The notes beneath the pieces are model-generated. The model was given only the letters and a program-made list of their open reading frames with translations, did no database searches and was not told where the DNA came from. From Eledone cirrhosa (taxonomy: Eukaryota), in contig OZ024743.1 in NCBI GenBank assembly GCA_964016885.1, positions 264,182,001-264,246,000 on the forward strand: a stretch of 64,000 bases of DNA, written 5' to 3'. Below are positions 1-15,304 of the stretch, in pieces. The first letter of the stretch is position 1. Each line of letters starts with the position of its first letter. Position numbers and translations under genes: made by a program.

Positions 1-264
1 TATTGCTAAAACAGCGGTCATATTCCGATATTATTAGATATTCTCAGCGAAGAGTATTTACTGAACAAATTAGTTAGACGAAAACTTCCATATAGGTATC
101 GGAAAGTGGAACGAAGTTATGCATTGATTATGTGTATCAATACAGACTGGATGTGAAACATCCCAAAGGAGTTTAGATTTCGATAAAAGTATGAGACGAG
201 TTGCAAGAGAAAAGTAGAAATGAATCCAGTTGAAAAGCAAAATGACAGGTGATAATGTAAGGCA

Positions 265-316
<52 letters not shown>

Positions 317-699
317 ATAACATTAAGAAAGATACTGATGTTACATAACCGTGTATTCATAATAATTATTTCAACGGTTCTCTTATGCAATCCAAGATGA
401 AATTTATGAATTTTTTGATGCTATGAGAACGGTATCTTCAGATGAAAATCCGATATTGTTATATGTCGCAGGCAGAAAACAGGTCCCTCTACACGTGCAC
501 CCGGTTGACATATAGTCTCTTCCAGTATTATAGGCTTTCTGATGAAGTGAAAAAAATAATTAAGTATTGCATATGATTGAACAATATATATTGTAGTCAG
601 TATATGTAGACGATTATAATAGACACAGAAACGTGTTAAAGCAAATAAATTCCTTATCTCCGCAGATGTTTATATTTTCCATGGTGCAATAGTTGCTTA

Positions 700-1565
<866 letters not shown>

Positions 1566-1677
1566 AAACATACATTGCTATTATAGAAGTTCATAGTTTT
1601 CCTCCCCTTTTATAAAACCCATGCCCCTTTTAATCACCCTCCCAGCATCCATTATACGGTAATTACAAATACAGAAG

Positions 1678-1739
1678 CTGATAACAATTGTATGATATTT
1701 CTATTGATTTCCTACGAATGAAACAGTACTAGAACTGTA
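1678..1739 (+). ncRNA. Degenerate hammerhead-like motif in a PLE-type tail
   Basis: CTGATAA, imperfect long stem II, then GAAA-CAGT-actaga-ACTG-TA (good stem III and GUA site). Stem I is not recovered. Confidence 0.35.
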
Positions 1740-1783
1740 TAAATAATTTCAATAATAAAATAAGTTTGCCTATATTCTCCTAA

Positions 1784-2387
1784 CATCTCCAAAACAGTGT
1801 ATGACAACTGATAAAAATCGCCAACTCATTATCTACAACCAGCAAATTGATCACTTTATAGAGTTTGTATATCTCGGTCACAAACTATCATCAAACAACA
1901 ATAGAATGGTTGTGGTACAGTATCACATCTCTTTAGGTTGGGAAGCTTTCAACAAGAACAAGGAAGTACTAACATCAAAACGAGTTTCCTATAATTTGAA
2001 GGCTAAGATCTTCGATACTTACTTCCTACCAATTGCGCTATATGGTCTTGACTCTGTTAATTGGACGACAAGTCACTTAAGAATCTCTCTACATTCCAGA
2101 ACCGCATCAGGAGACATCATTACCATGCGTAGACCAATTACATCAATTGTCAAGTCAAGAGTACTCAAACTATACGGTCATACAAAAGATCAACTCGTAC
2201 TGTGAAGTAGGTTATGCCTGGAAGGACGGTTAGATGGTAAGAGAAGCAGAGGCCGGCAGCCAAAACGATAGGTTGATAATGTCAACCTATGGACTGGACT
2301 TGATCTTTGCTCATTAAATTCTGCTGTTGGTGATCGAACTTTGTGGAGAATAATTCTGCAAATGGCGGAGTTTAGCGTCAACTAATA
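1784..2387 (+). mobile_element. RTE-clade LINE, 5'-truncated and decayed
   Basis: FVYLG...LGWEAF...K.KIF...LP..LYG...LKLYGH...GKRSRGRQPKR is typical of the RTE C-terminus. Short (TAA) tail. 12-bp TSD atattctcctaa at 1772-1783 and 2388-2399. Confidence 0.85.
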
Positions 2388-2453
2388 ATATTCTCCTAAG
2401 GTATTGAGTACCTGTTTTCATTTCCGTCACCTCCCAATGTACATCTACTGTTC

Positions 2454-2522
<69 letters not shown>

Positions 2523-3462
2523 GCAACAGAGTCAACGTTGCATCATGAGTAAACTGTATTGCATACGACAGTTCTTTCCGTAATATCACGGATGTTATGG
2601 AATTTTACCTCTAGCATTAGCTGTGTGAGGATCTCCCTGGAATTAGGGGAGTGTTGCACAGAAACGACACCATTTTTACCTTCCACCGACCTAATCACAG
2701 CCAGCTGGATAGAATGAGGAAATGACTTAGATACTTTTTTTTAGAATCTCGGACTGACATTGGAATTCTTCAGCAACACACGCATGACTATGTTCCGCTG
2801 CCTGACCCTCTTGAAATGTTCCTATGGCTAGGTTTGTATGTTGATTAAAATGAGACAGTATATAATATATATCATCCTAAAAAATATTAAAATAATATAC
2901 TGGTAAAACTATATAATTTTCACACTCTTTCTATTTTCTGATATCGCTTCTTTCTCGGGTTAATACCGGGAAATATATATATCCCGTATATATTTTGGAA
3001 AATTCGATCCCACAGCTTCTGTATATCTCACGATTTCCAAAGATCTTAATCTGGAAACCGTGAGATATAACTGGAAAGTTAACTTCCAAGACACGGGCTT
3101 TCGCCAATGCATGACTATCTACCCTCTCCGTCTCACCGGTGTTGTTCTAGCGAAAAGCAAGCAACTATATGATTTGGCACCAGGCATTGCTGTCATAATG
3201 CAAAGAACCTGCTTATAAACCGAACGAAATCTTATCTGACGTTTTAACAATGTTTCTTGCGTTGGTGCTTAATTTATCAACCGTGATAGGATGAAAGGCA
3301 AATATGAACTCGGCAAGATTGTTACTCAGAGTGCAGAGAGCCGGTATAAATACCATACTATTCGACTACTTGTTGACAAATGTGTAGCATGCTTATTATT
3401 TCTGTTTGTTCAAAGGACATGCTTACTATATTGAATATAAAAGAGCAATATTATTTAACCAT

Positions 3463-3652
3463 GGCGGTGGATTGGCAGTATCGGTAGAGAGTCGGACGCC
3501 ATGCTTTCCAGCATAGTTACGTCCCTTTATGGTCTGAGTTCAAATCCCGTCGAGGTTAACTTTGCCTTTCATCCTTACGGGGTCGATAAAATAAAGTACC
3601 AGTAATGTGCTGGGTAATTGCTGGCCTTGTGCCAAATGTAGAAACAATTATT
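3463..3652 (+). mobile_element. tRNA-derived SINE (abundant family 1), full length
   Basis: A box TGGCAGTATCGGT, B box GAGTTCAAATCC, central gttaactttgcctttcatccttacggggtcgataaaataaagtaccag, tail tagaaacaattatt. More than 15 copies in the window. Confidence 0.85.
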
Positions 3653-6002
3653 TAAGCATTAAATATAACATTTCTGTAACTATAGATAAACAATGGTAAC
3701 GTCTAATATCTTATTGATATATTTATTTATCTCTCTTTTCATTCGTAGGTTGTAAAATAAAATCTTTATTTATTGAACTAAAGAGGTTAATAATGTTCTT
3801 AGAAGTGAAAAAAACATTGAATATGTGACAAACAGATTTCACCAAAAATGTATTTAATATAGAAAATATTCCAAGCTTGTTAATAAAATCAGAAGTGTAT
3901 TAGATTTGTCGTGGCAAATAACTTCCTACTTTGATTTAATAAGGAAGTTGATATTGGTGATAATTACATTCCGAAATAACGTCTTTGGAGACAATTTCTT
4001 GGCGGTAGTTCCATATTCCATATGACAGCAGCAGTTCCCTAACATACATATATTGATTTTTGACATAACCACAGGACTAATTTTGATAAAAGATGCACAA
4101 CCGATAGAGTCGACATTACTATTCTTTTACATTTTTACTCATTTAAATCATTGAATTGCGACCATGCTTGAACTATTTTATTACTAATAACTATTTTGTT
4201 CACTGGCATGAACGACACATTCTACCCCGGAGGGGTTATGAACTCATAGCATGAAGAAATATTTTGAATATTTCAAATATTTTTCATTGCCAAATATTTG
4301 TTGCTATTTCTCACCAGGACAGTCACATCAAAACATAATTGTGTTCAAAAGTCTTCAACCGTCGCAACTCGTCTCGTTCGTTTATCTTACATTATGGAGT
4401 ATATTCCTTATCTAAGAAAGTAAGTGAAATTTATCTAATATTTCAAGACTACATTGATTCCCCGGTGAGGATACGGGAATAGATATAAATGAACACACAG
4501 GAGTGAACAGAGGTGTTCCAGATTACATTTTAATGTGTGAGTGTGTATATATGGAACCGAAAGGGACGCCGTATTGTCATACGGAAAATATTCTGTATTT
4601 TTAAAACCAAACGGATCCTAACTTCTTTCCAGGTCTGACCAAAGCTAACATTTTTCAGTGAAAAAATAGATAGATAGACAGACAGTGATAGAGAGAGAGA
4701 GGTACATTTTATCGACCTGGAAATGATGAAAGGTAAAGTTGACGAGGGTGGGCTTTGGACTCGGAGCCCTGAGAGCCAGAACGAATGTCAATGTTCTAAA
4801 TACATATTAATATAAGACAAGGAACATTTCTGTTGATATAAGCATATAACATTGTAACATTAATAGTGAACGTTTTAAGCGCGTTGATTAACTCCAAATA
4901 CAAGGCCATGTTTAACTTTCATTTTACATATTTACACACATTTAAAAAATGACAGATTTTTAGTCAAGCCTCTTACAGAATTGGCAATTGTTAAATTCAG
5001 ATTTAAACAACAGTGATAGCAAATCTCTACTAAGAAATCAAATTGAGATCCTCGCTAATTTCTCAAGTACGTGGAAGCTGATCCTACATCTACTAATGCT
5101 AACTATTTGAAGATCACTTATGATGATAAGCTGGTTGAGATTTGACGATAGAATTGCTTTATCATTTTTTCATTTACATATAAAGTAGCTCCAATAATAT
5201 TTGACTAACTCATTTATACTAATCAAAAACTTGTAATCGATGATAACATGAACAAGGTCAAACATCCTGTCCAAATTACATTCCATTTACATTTAAACAC
5301 ATTGCATTTATCGCGTCTAAAGTAAAGTGTTGACGTTTAACATCGTGTTAGTTTTATGGTTCGACATAACCTATTTGTCAAAAAACAAAATGGCTTTGCA
5401 TCACACACAGACACACTCATAATCTCTTATTCTCCACTCTCACACACACAATCTCACACTCACTATATACATACGCACATACATATACACACGCATATAC
5501 ATATACACTGAACTGAAGCTAACTAAAATATTTATATAGGTAACAAAGTTGATATATAGTTAATATTCCAAATCATTTGATTGATTCTACTGTCAAGGAC
5601 TTTCGTCCCTAATTCAGAATTTAGAAGTTTTTACACAAACAGACACAACTGGGTGGTTTCATTTTTAGGTGAGAGGACTAAATCACTAATTGATTAAGCA
5701 ACATTACCTATATTTATGGCGAATTTGTTGAAGTTTATTTTAGTATAATTATTCAAAGGAGACACATGATTGTCTTCCATCCAGCGGTTTTCTTGCTGAA
5801 ATTGATCTGCAGGTTTTCGGAAACTGCATCAGTTGATTAAGCTAGCCCTTCTAGGTTTGCTGCAAATGGAATAATATCTGGCACACTTCCACCTGTTAAA
5901 GGTTGAACAAATTCATACTTAAAAGATCAATTTGTTTGCTACCGTATATGTAATGAGCATCCGCGGAAACTGTTTCTTTATGACTATTCTCACTTGCATT
6001 TT

Positions 6003-6381
6003 TGGCAGTATCGGTAGAGGGTCGGACACCATGCTTTCCAGCATAGTTACGTCCCTTTACGATCTGAGTTCAAATCCCGCCGAGGTTGACTTTGCCTTTC
6101 ATCCTTACGGGGTCGATAAAATAAAGTACCAGTAATGCACTGGGTAATTGCTGGCCTTGTGCCTAACGTAGAAACAATTATTAATTAACACAAGGCAGTG
6201 GATTGGCAGTATCGGTAGAGCGTTAGACACCATGCTTTGCAGATAGAGTTCTGACACCTTTACGTACTAAGTTCAAATTCCGCCGAGGTTAACTTTGCCT
6301 TTCATGCTTAAGGGGTCGATAAAATAAAGTACCAGTAATGCACTGGATAATTGCTGGCCTTGTTCCATAAGTAGGAACACA
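6003..6381 (+). mobile_element. Two tandem copies of SINE family 1
   Basis: Copies at about 6003-6182 and 6193-6381 match 3463-3652. Confidence 0.85.
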
Positions 6382-6587
6382 CTTTAATTAACACACTCCC
6401 TTGTGGTTAATAAAGAAAGCATTATTAATTAACACACTATATATTTCTGACGAGTTCTGTAAAATATTAAGGGTAATTGGTGAAAATAGTTTAATGCTTT
6501 ATGTGTAATTTAGTATGATGGTATTTAAGATTGAAATAACTTGAGTTATGGCAAGACTAATTTGAGGATATTAATAGAATGACCACA

Positions 6588-6746
6588 GAAAGGCAAAGTT
6601 AACCGTGGCGGGATTTGAACTATGGTCTGAGTTCAAATCCCGCCACGGTTAACTTTGCCTTTCATCCTTACGGGGTCGATAAAATAAAGTACCAGTAATA
6701 CACTGGGATAATTGCTGGCTTTGTGCCAAATGTAGAAACAATTAAT
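6588..6746 (+). mobile_element. SINE family 1 with inverted 5' fold-back
   Basis: gaaaggcaaagttaaccgtggcgggatttgaact-atggtctg-agttcaaatcccgccacggttaactttgcctttc, followed by the normal SINE 3' end. Confidence 0.8.
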
Positions 6747-7264
6747 AGAATAATCACCATCTTCAAAACTTCTTTTCCAATGAGAAACAATTCCGCCAAA
6801 TGTATATTGTAACTCAATAGATATAAAAAGATTCGGTCTTTAACCCCATTGCCTCCTTTACTTAGATTATAGATCAATTTGTCTTTACGATCTAACACTC
6901 TCTTTAAATCACGTAGACTCACATATGCGTAATTATGTCTGTTTATATTCACATAAATTGAAAGTCAAGCAAGTAAAGTCGGTTAGATGGTAACCAGCTG
7001 ACAAAGTGGTAACAAATAATGACAAATAATGAAAGTACGCTCACTAGTGATATGGAAAAGAAAATTTAAATTAGTTAAATTAATTACAAGGCAAAAGGTT
7101 AATTAATGAAACTTTTAAAATAACTCTTAATTAAAAATCTCTCTTGTAGAATGTATAGGATGTGTTAGCATGTATTTAAACACATTTAATTATAAGTAAT
7201 TTCTAAGTTAATTGCCCCCTGCCCCCCACGTGCACACACCCATACACTGCTCACAAACCCAATC

Positions 7265-7324
<60 letters not shown>

Positions 7325-8527
7325 GCGCACACACACATGCACACACACATACACACACACACATATCAGTGTATGTATATATATATATTGTATTTGTAGA
7401 TTTAATAAGATATATATGAAATGAAAATGCAAATGCACGGCATACAAAGACAGTTATACATAGTAAATGAATGCACCGTGGACGAGTTAATGACGTAATG
7501 GGAGATGTATTATGCACTAAGAAATTTAGTAATAAATAATTCTTTTATTTCAACTCTATTTGAACTCACAGCACAAAGTGACTTAGTTAATTACTATATT
7601 GTCTTATCTCTGTTCCAGTGATTCCGCCCCCTATCTCTTTTGTGATAATACTAGTCACGCTACTTTATTTAATTTCACAACATATAGCTTGTGTTCGATA
7701 GGGAATCAGAGGAGAGTGAAGATAGGAGAGACAGGCAGAGAAATAGAAATACAGAGAGAGAGAGAAAAAAAGAGAGTGAGAAGAATAGAGGGAGAGAGAA
7801 ACAGAAAGAGAGAAATAAGTTGACTTTACACTTATCTCTTACTGTTTTTGTGGAAGATTTAATTCTCAGATCTTTTTATCCTTATCATTTCCAAATTTTG
7901 TTTCCTATTGTTTTCTTTTATTTCTGTATTTTATTCAGATCATTCCATTCCTGGATTTCAATTTTTTCGATTACTTTTCTCCATGTCTCATGTGTTAACC
8001 CATAAATGGCATCACACTACTTTATTGAGAGTTTCACGAATTCAATGGCTTTGACAATTCTATAAAAATTGAATTAAATAATGTTGATTTAATTGTTTGT
8101 TTCTAATATAATATTGGATTTTCATCTTTTTCTTTGTGGTATTGTTTGCTCGTGTGTTAGATATTTTAAACACAGAGATAGAATTAGCGATCACTTTTCA
8201 TGAAAACTACTACATATTTCTTCCATTAATTACAAAAAACACTTTTTGTTTTAATATTATACTACATGAATAATATATTATTCAACACACGAACACACTC
8301 ACAAGCTCATATTCAATTCTTCAGACACATATAAAGATATAGACATGGGAAGCAGCTGTTTGTTAAAACATGTTATATTCAAGACATGAATGTCTTCAAT
8401 TTCATATTTATGATAAAATATTTTCCATATTTCTTTCTTCATCTTTTATAATTAATTTAGTACAGTAACGTTGCTATGCCTATAAAAGTTTAAATATTTT
8501 CTCGCTCTTATAATTCGAAAGAAATAA

Positions 8528-8942
8528 TGGTTTCTGATTTAGGCACAATGCCAACAATTTGGGGGAAAGGGAAAGTCGATTAAATCGACCCCAGTGCGTT
8601 ACTAGTACTTTATTTTATCGACCCAGTAAGGATGAAAGGCAAAGTTAACCTCGGCAGGATTTGAACTCAGATCATAAAGGGCCGTAACACGATACTGCAA
8701 AGCCTGGCGTCCGATCCTCTACCGATACTGCCAATCCACAATGGTTTCTGATTTAGGCTCAAGACCAACAATTTGGTGGGAGTGGAAAGTCAATTAAATC
8801 AACCACTTTGTGTTACGAGACTTTATGTTATCAACCCCGCAAAGCTAACCTCGACAGGATTTGAACTCAGAACGTAAAGAGACATAACTTTATGCCGCAG
8901 ATCATGTTGACCGATGCTCTATCGATATTGCTAATCCACCAC
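8528..8942 (-). mobile_element. Two tandem copies of SINE family 1
   Basis: Reverse-complement matches at about 8528-8740 and 8742-8942. Confidence 0.8.
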
Positions 8943-9443
8943 TGTTTACTGGTTTTGCTCCGTTTTTTAAATTTTTTATTTATTTTTATTTATTTATTTA
9001 TCTTTAGTAGGTAGAATCGTATAAAAACTGTAATTGGTAGAACAGTCACTACCAGACTTTAAAATATCTAACAATTAATTTATGGTTCGATCCACAGTCT
9101 TTTCACGGGTCTCGTATTTGTATTTTGATAAATCATTCATAATTAATTCAATTTTTGTTGTCGAACTCTATATATGATGGCAGCTTTATCCAATAAAGAT
9201 TTTAATGGATAACATAAATAAATGTATCTGTTAGTCACGAGTATGGGTCTGGTTGGTGTAGATTATTACGCAATATTGTCAATGTCGGTAATTATTGTTA
9301 CAGTCGCTGCTTATTGTTTATTCTTATGCAGCAATTGCGTATTATGAGAGCTGCAGATTGAAAACGACTGTCTCCCCAATAATGATAATTAGACCTAGTG
9401 TTTATTGCTGGCTTTGTTTTCGGAGTGTGTTATTTACGTCTAT

Positions 9444-9550
9444 TGGTGGATTGGCGGTATCGGTCGGACGCCATGCTTTGCAGCAAAGAGTTACGGCTCT
9501 TTATGGTCTGAGTTCAAATTCCGCCGAGGTTAACTTTGCTTTTCATACTT
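9444..9550 (+). mobile_element. SINE family 1, 5' part
   Basis: tggtggattggcggtatcggt...ctgagttcaaattccgccgaggttaactttgc. Confidence 0.75.
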
Positions 9551-9684
9551 AATTAAATATATATAATAATGTGTTGCAAAGGTACCTTACAGTAAATACA
9601 TGATCAATTGATAAGAAAATGTCATTATGTACTCTATCTCACATTTTGAGCTATGAAGTTTACAAATACGTATATACATGGAAA

Positions 9685-9754
<70 letters not shown>

Positions 9755-11401
9755 ATGAAAGTATAGAAATTATTGTGAGCATGAAGCCAACAGTATTTCA
9801 TAATATATAAGTGACTAGAACGTCAAAATTGAAAAATAATTAACGTAATATGTATTAGATTGATTATCTGTAGAAATAAGTTATTGCCTTTTTGGTTTGT
9901 GGCTCCTTGTTTAATTAATATGTTCTTACTTGCAACTTACGACAAAAACGCGGCGTTCCACAGGAACGACTCAGATCTTTAATATAAAATTAATCGGTCA
10001 TATCTTGGTCATGATATGATACTGTGTTTGGTTCATTCGTATTACATTTTAACAGTGTCATAATGTATTGTATGCTGTTTCATAGGACTTATAAAATCTC
10101 ATAAAAAGGTAGCATTTCCTCTATAAAATATTCAATTATTGTTTGTTTTAGTTTATCTGTGACAGCGCTGTGGTCGAATTGGTTGTTCTATCATTATACT
10201 AACATATTCAATTATCGCTTATTAACTATCATATGCTTAACACTTAATACATCCTGTTTTGAATATCTTTTGAGATGATGGAGTGATAATTTAAAAGCCC
10301 ACCAGATACAACACATTTTACCATTCAGTATATCATATAGGAAATTGTCAGGCTGTGTCTCCAGGTCACATACACTAAGAGTAAAGTTGTCTCTGGAATG
10401 CTCAGCCACTTAAACTCTAATTTTACTAGTAGGCTGTTTCTATAACGGGGATCCATTACAATTACCGTACAAGCATTAACCGAATAATTGGAACACTCAT
10501 TATTGAAATAAGTAATGTCACCTATAAAGCGATGATTTCTACATAATTTAAAGCATTTTACATTACGTGATGCTCGCCCTCCCTTGTGTGTTTGAGAAAG
10601 TTACTTCCTTTTCTTAAATTGGTAACACATGGTTGCAATGTTTAGCTATAGAATTACCCTAACAAAACCATTATAATGAACTAATTTCTTTATGACTTTT
10701 AACATTGATATCAGGATGGTGTTGCCCACCCGCAGAAGTGAGCCCAGTAATTTGGAACGAGAATTTAAGTGAATCAATGCGGTTAAAAGCGGAATATTTT
10801 ATGTTTATCTAGCTATAGGTTTTGAATATGAGAACAGTAATATATATATATGCAACACACGAGAGATGTAATAGAAAATACCCTCGATTATTGGGACCAG
10901 GAGGTGGCATACGTCCGGGGTTCTGAACACAGAAGAGGCGGGGTGGAGGAAATGTGGAGTGAACGAAGGAGGACATGCTTTCATCGACAGCTTCGTGCTG
11001 TTAGGGTTGGCCACTACATACACAGCTTCATTGCATTTTAAATTTAAAACTGACACAAAACCTAACTGACACAAGACCGCGTAATGTTTAGAAATTATTA
11101 ATTGAGAGAAAATTATACTCATTTCATCCGATATATCTAGAAGAGATATTTAATTACGAAAAGAACATTCAATACAGCATTTCAGAATAAGACTTTCTCA
11201 GTTCGATCCCATGGTCTACCATCTGATACAAAGTGTATTTTAACATGACCTTTGGAGTGGAATTTAATTGACGATTACAGTATACACACACATACACACA
11301 CGAATATATATATATATATATTTATTAAAATAACAGATTAAAGTTTAATATTTATCCCTATCGAGCCCTCTTTGGATTTTAGTATTCAAATTTATTATTA
11401 T

Positions 11402-11447
<46 letters not shown>

Positions 11448-11449
<2 letters not shown>

Positions 11450-11646
11450 CGAATGAAGTGTGGTAAGGAACCAGGTGGACCATAGCGCACCAGAGTACTC
11501 AATATTTAAGGTAGTAGAGTGTGTAATAGAAAAAAATGTTCAAGACCCCTACGGCAGAGCTCGAGCCGTTTCTACAGCTATTTCTGAACTGAAATAGCCG
11601 TCGAAACGGCTCGAGCTCTGCCGTCAGGGTCTTGAACATTTTCCTA
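11448..11646 (-). mobile_element. HHR-tail element family D, fold-back copy 1
   Basis: Homologous to 20055-20240 and 45985-46198. Hairpin 11527-11646 is centred on HHR stem II. Abuts (TA)n. Confidence 0.75.
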
Positions 11647-11677
11647 CATATATATATATATAAGCATACATACCTAA

Positions 11678-11708
<31 letters not shown>

Positions 11709-13014
11709 TATTTATAAAGAGAGAGACAAAGATACATGGATAGATTGACTAATAAATAGATAGATAGATAGACAGATAGATAGAGAGAGTGAGAAGGAGA
11801 GAGAGAGAGAAAGCGAGAGAGATAATAGATAGATAGATAGATAGATAGATGTACTTTACAAAAAAAAAAAAAATTGTAATGCAAAGGTGATTGTATTCGG
11901 GTTTAATCATTTTTATCATGGGTATGTATATATTAGTTCTTTAAATTTTGTGTTTTCAATACCGTTTCAAGAAATTCTTAGTCTTATCTCATGAAAGAAT
12001 TGTGCATATTAATGGACGTATTATAGGCAGTTTCTTGTTGTTTCTTTTGTTTATTTGTTCGTTTGCTTTTAGTCAGAAACTAATCATGGCAATGATGCTG
12101 TCACTCCTAATAACTTCACCGATTCGATATTGTTTAATTCTTAACTCCACTTCGGTTCAATAGTTTAATGTATATATATGTTGAAATGCAAATTCTTCAT
12201 TACTACTAATAACAATATACAATAATATATTTTGTGTAATTCTCTAGAGAATAGCTTTGGTATAATGTTTTTTATCTTTTCAAATTACTTTTCATTCAGT
12301 CTATATCGTAATAGATGCAATGGCTCATTGTTATAAATATATGGTCGAACGATGAGAAAATATTGCCCCTTATGTTTACATACGAATGAGATAGTTCAAG
12401 GTCGGTAGAAGTTACTTCTATATATAAAAAATATGCCTATACTCAACGCAAGTACCGATTACCTTATTTAACTGTGATTACCCGTCGAAACCACTCGGGA
12501 GATAGAAATTATATATATATGTATATATACATATATAGATATAGATATACATGTATATGTCAGTGTGTTTGTGTGCGTTATGTGAATGTGCATGTATATA
12601 CATATATATATATATATACATATATATACATATGGAGCCAGGCCTTTGGGATAACAAGCTCAAATGCAATACTGTCTACATTATACCTCCTTGTATATGG
12701 ACAAGATATGGGTTACCTAATGACCGCGTGTCCTGGATTGCGTCATGGTGTCATGACGTAACCATTTCACAACAGAAATACGTATCATGCTCGTTCGGTA
12801 ATTAAGGAAGTTATCAAATCTCGCCCGAGTGTTATAATATTGATGTATTTAACTCTGTTCTGGAATATGATTAGAATACGATGTCAAAAGTTGGTAGAAT
12901 ACACATGATATCATGTGTTCTTACCTAATTACAAACTGGTTTTCCTGATTGAAGTGACTCAATCACAGCCCCAATTTCCAATTAGGAAATACCCTATGAC
13001 ACAATTCCCCTCAT

Positions 13015-13098
<84 letters not shown>

Positions 13099-13230
13099 GT
13101 AATCTGAGTTTTTTGAATATTAATAATAACATTCGATTCGTTTGCAATTATGCAAACAAGCCTCAATATTATAGCCATGTCAGTAGAATGAACCCTTCTT
13201 TCTTGCTCTTGTGTTGGCATGTGAACAGAA

Positions 13231-13274
13231 CTGCAGACACTAATGTTTCTGGGTATCACCCTTCATCAGTACAG
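13231..13274 (-). ncRNA. Type I hammerhead ribozyme (family A)
   Basis: Minus strand: CTGTA-CTGATGA-aGGGTgatACCCa-GAAA-CAttagTG-TC^TGCAG. Intact core, stems I-III and GUC site. Confidence 0.85.
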
Positions 13275-13408
13275 CTCACTGTTCACCTGCCAAACTGTCA
13301 GAGCCAGTGAAAATATATGCTATTTTCAAAAATACACAGTGACTGATCGGCCTGATTTGCATGTTAGCAGATTGGCTGATCAGTCAGATCTGCATATTAG
13401 CAGATCCA

Positions 13409-13447
13409 CTGATGAAGGGTGACACCTAGAAACATTAGTGTCTGCAG
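13409..13447 (+). ncRNA. Hammerhead copy at the inversion junction (5' stem I strand lost)
   Basis: CTGATGAagggtgacacctaGAAAcattagtgTCtgcag starts at the junction, with microhomology actgat. Confidence 0.7.
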
Positions 13448-13630
13448 TTCTGTTCACATGCTAACACAAGAGCAAGTATGAAGGGTTCATTCTACTGACA
13501 TGGCTATACAATTGAGGCTTGATTGCATAATTGCAAACGAATCGAACGTTATTAATATTCGAAAAACTCAGATTATATGTATTGTATTCAGCCATGTAGA
13601 GCAAAACATTTTCTTTTATATATATATATA

Positions 13631-15304
13631 CAGGATCACTAAAAAAAGCTGGCCCCATTTTTATTTCGTCTTTATTATTCATCTGTTGGCAAAACAAGAT
13701 GAAACTCTGAATATATTTATTTCAACTCATTAAAAATATTATATCAGGAACATACTATCTTTTGATATTTCTGTCCTGAGTTATAGCACATAATCCAAAT
13801 GACGACAAATGAATCCATGTATTTTTTTAGGCTCATGGTGTAGTTTAACATAATGTATTTACACACAGACCTAGCGATACCTCTAATAATTTCTCTGGTG
13901 ATTTTCGTCAGGTCAGAGATTCTCTTGGCTTTGTAATCTATATTTATAAAACTAAGGATGCCTGTCTGTGTGTGTGTGTGTGTGTCTGTGAGTTTGAATC
14001 CCTATAACCCGCGAAGTACCCAACCGATTTTTTTCAACCTTTACATGTATATTACTTTTTGATCCACTAGGGCACGCATTAGGTGAAAAACTTCATTTTT
14101 TCAGCTTTTTAGGGCTTTTCCGAGGCGTTACTACTAGCCGATGTTCCCGAAATTTCAAGGCATATTATGCACATAAAACAAATTCATTTTCTTGATCCCC
14201 TAGGACCCGCACTAGGTGAAAACTTGCATTTTTCCTGCTTCATCGAGGAAAATCTTAAAGATTATCCAGCCATCAGAGTATTCGGTTTATTTTCTTTACA
14301 TATTGTCCAGCATGCAGTTTTTCCACGATTAAGTCTGTTGGCGGCCCGTGTTCCAAAATACCGTATCCCGTGCAAGGCCAGGTTCCACTGCTAGTATGAA
14401 ATATAATTTCAGATAGCCCCAAAGAAAGAAATCTGGGTGACGTAAACCAGGCATAGTTAGGGCAACCTAAAAATCAGATTTCAAACCCATCACACGATTT
14501 CCAAAGCTATACTTCAGTCGTTCTCGCAATTCATTGGAGTTGTGAGTGCTTGCTCCGTCTTATTGGAACCAGAACATTCATCAAATGTTGGTACTTGGTC
14601 TGTAGCTCTTTTTCGAAGTCTTCCAGGGCTTTTAAATAGCATTCTTTGTAACTGTAGTTATGACAACGCTTCCTTCAAAGAAGAATGGGCCAAACAACCC
14701 TACCACAGGAATGATAGACCAGACAATAATTTTAACCGTGTTGAGAGGTTTCACAGTCACTTCAATATCGTTATTAGATTTAGTAAATATGGGTTGTTTG
14801 CCGTCTTCTCCAGCATTTTCGGTGACATATCCTTTCTCTTGATGTTATAAACAGCAGTAAACTTTTGTTTAGTCTGTATTCTGGTGTGATACTTCTTATG
14901 ATCCTCTTTGACAATTCTTCTGCTTGTCTCTGTGTAGAAACCCAAGGATGGGCTTCTCTTTGGAAGTCTCTTGGACCAAGGCAATAGCTTTTTGTGTATG
15001 CTACTTGTGTCGTCCAGTGTGGGTAGGCCGGTACTTAGACATATTTAAGTTTTCCACTGTTCCATAGGTCCCAAACTTCTTCAACCGCTCCTGCATATTG
15101 AAATGCATGAAATTGCTCCTGGACATGCGTGTAGGAACCACATTATTGTTCCATACAGAATATTTGGATCTCTAGCCCCCATATTGATCTTGTCTTCTAA
15201 GTCGTTTTATCTGCCACGTTCTGAAATTTAAGGTTTTTCAATTAGGACATTGATGTACAGAGACACAAAACGTGTGCGGTGCCATACTGTTTTCTGTTAA
15301 GCTG
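13631..15304 (-). mobile_element. Tc1/mariner (IS630-Tc1-mariner) DNA transposon relic
   Basis: Minus-strand fragments KKFGTYGTV, RRIVKEDHKKYHTRIQTKQKFT, WFQ*DGASTH and PDFFLWGYLK. Weak TIR-like ends TA|CAG...CTG|TA. Confidence 0.8.
13937..14394 (+). mobile_element. Non-autonomous Helitron nested in the Tc1/mariner relic
   Basis: Starts A|TCTATATTTATAAAA and ends cccgtgcaaggccaggttccactgCTAG|T. No TSD. The 3' end is shared with the element at 21876. Confidence 0.8.

Larger units (their letters stand above)
13095..13618. mobile_element. Retrozyme-like HHR element family A, inverted pair in (TA)n
   Basis: 13095-13408 (sense minus) joined to inverted arm 13409-13618. Homologous to 18837-19921. 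No coding capacity. Confidence 0.8.

Noticed and set aside
3022-3069. Imperfect hairpin tatatctcacg...cgtgagatata as a miRNA or MITE
   Set aside because: Single short occurrence with no supporting TSD or second copy.
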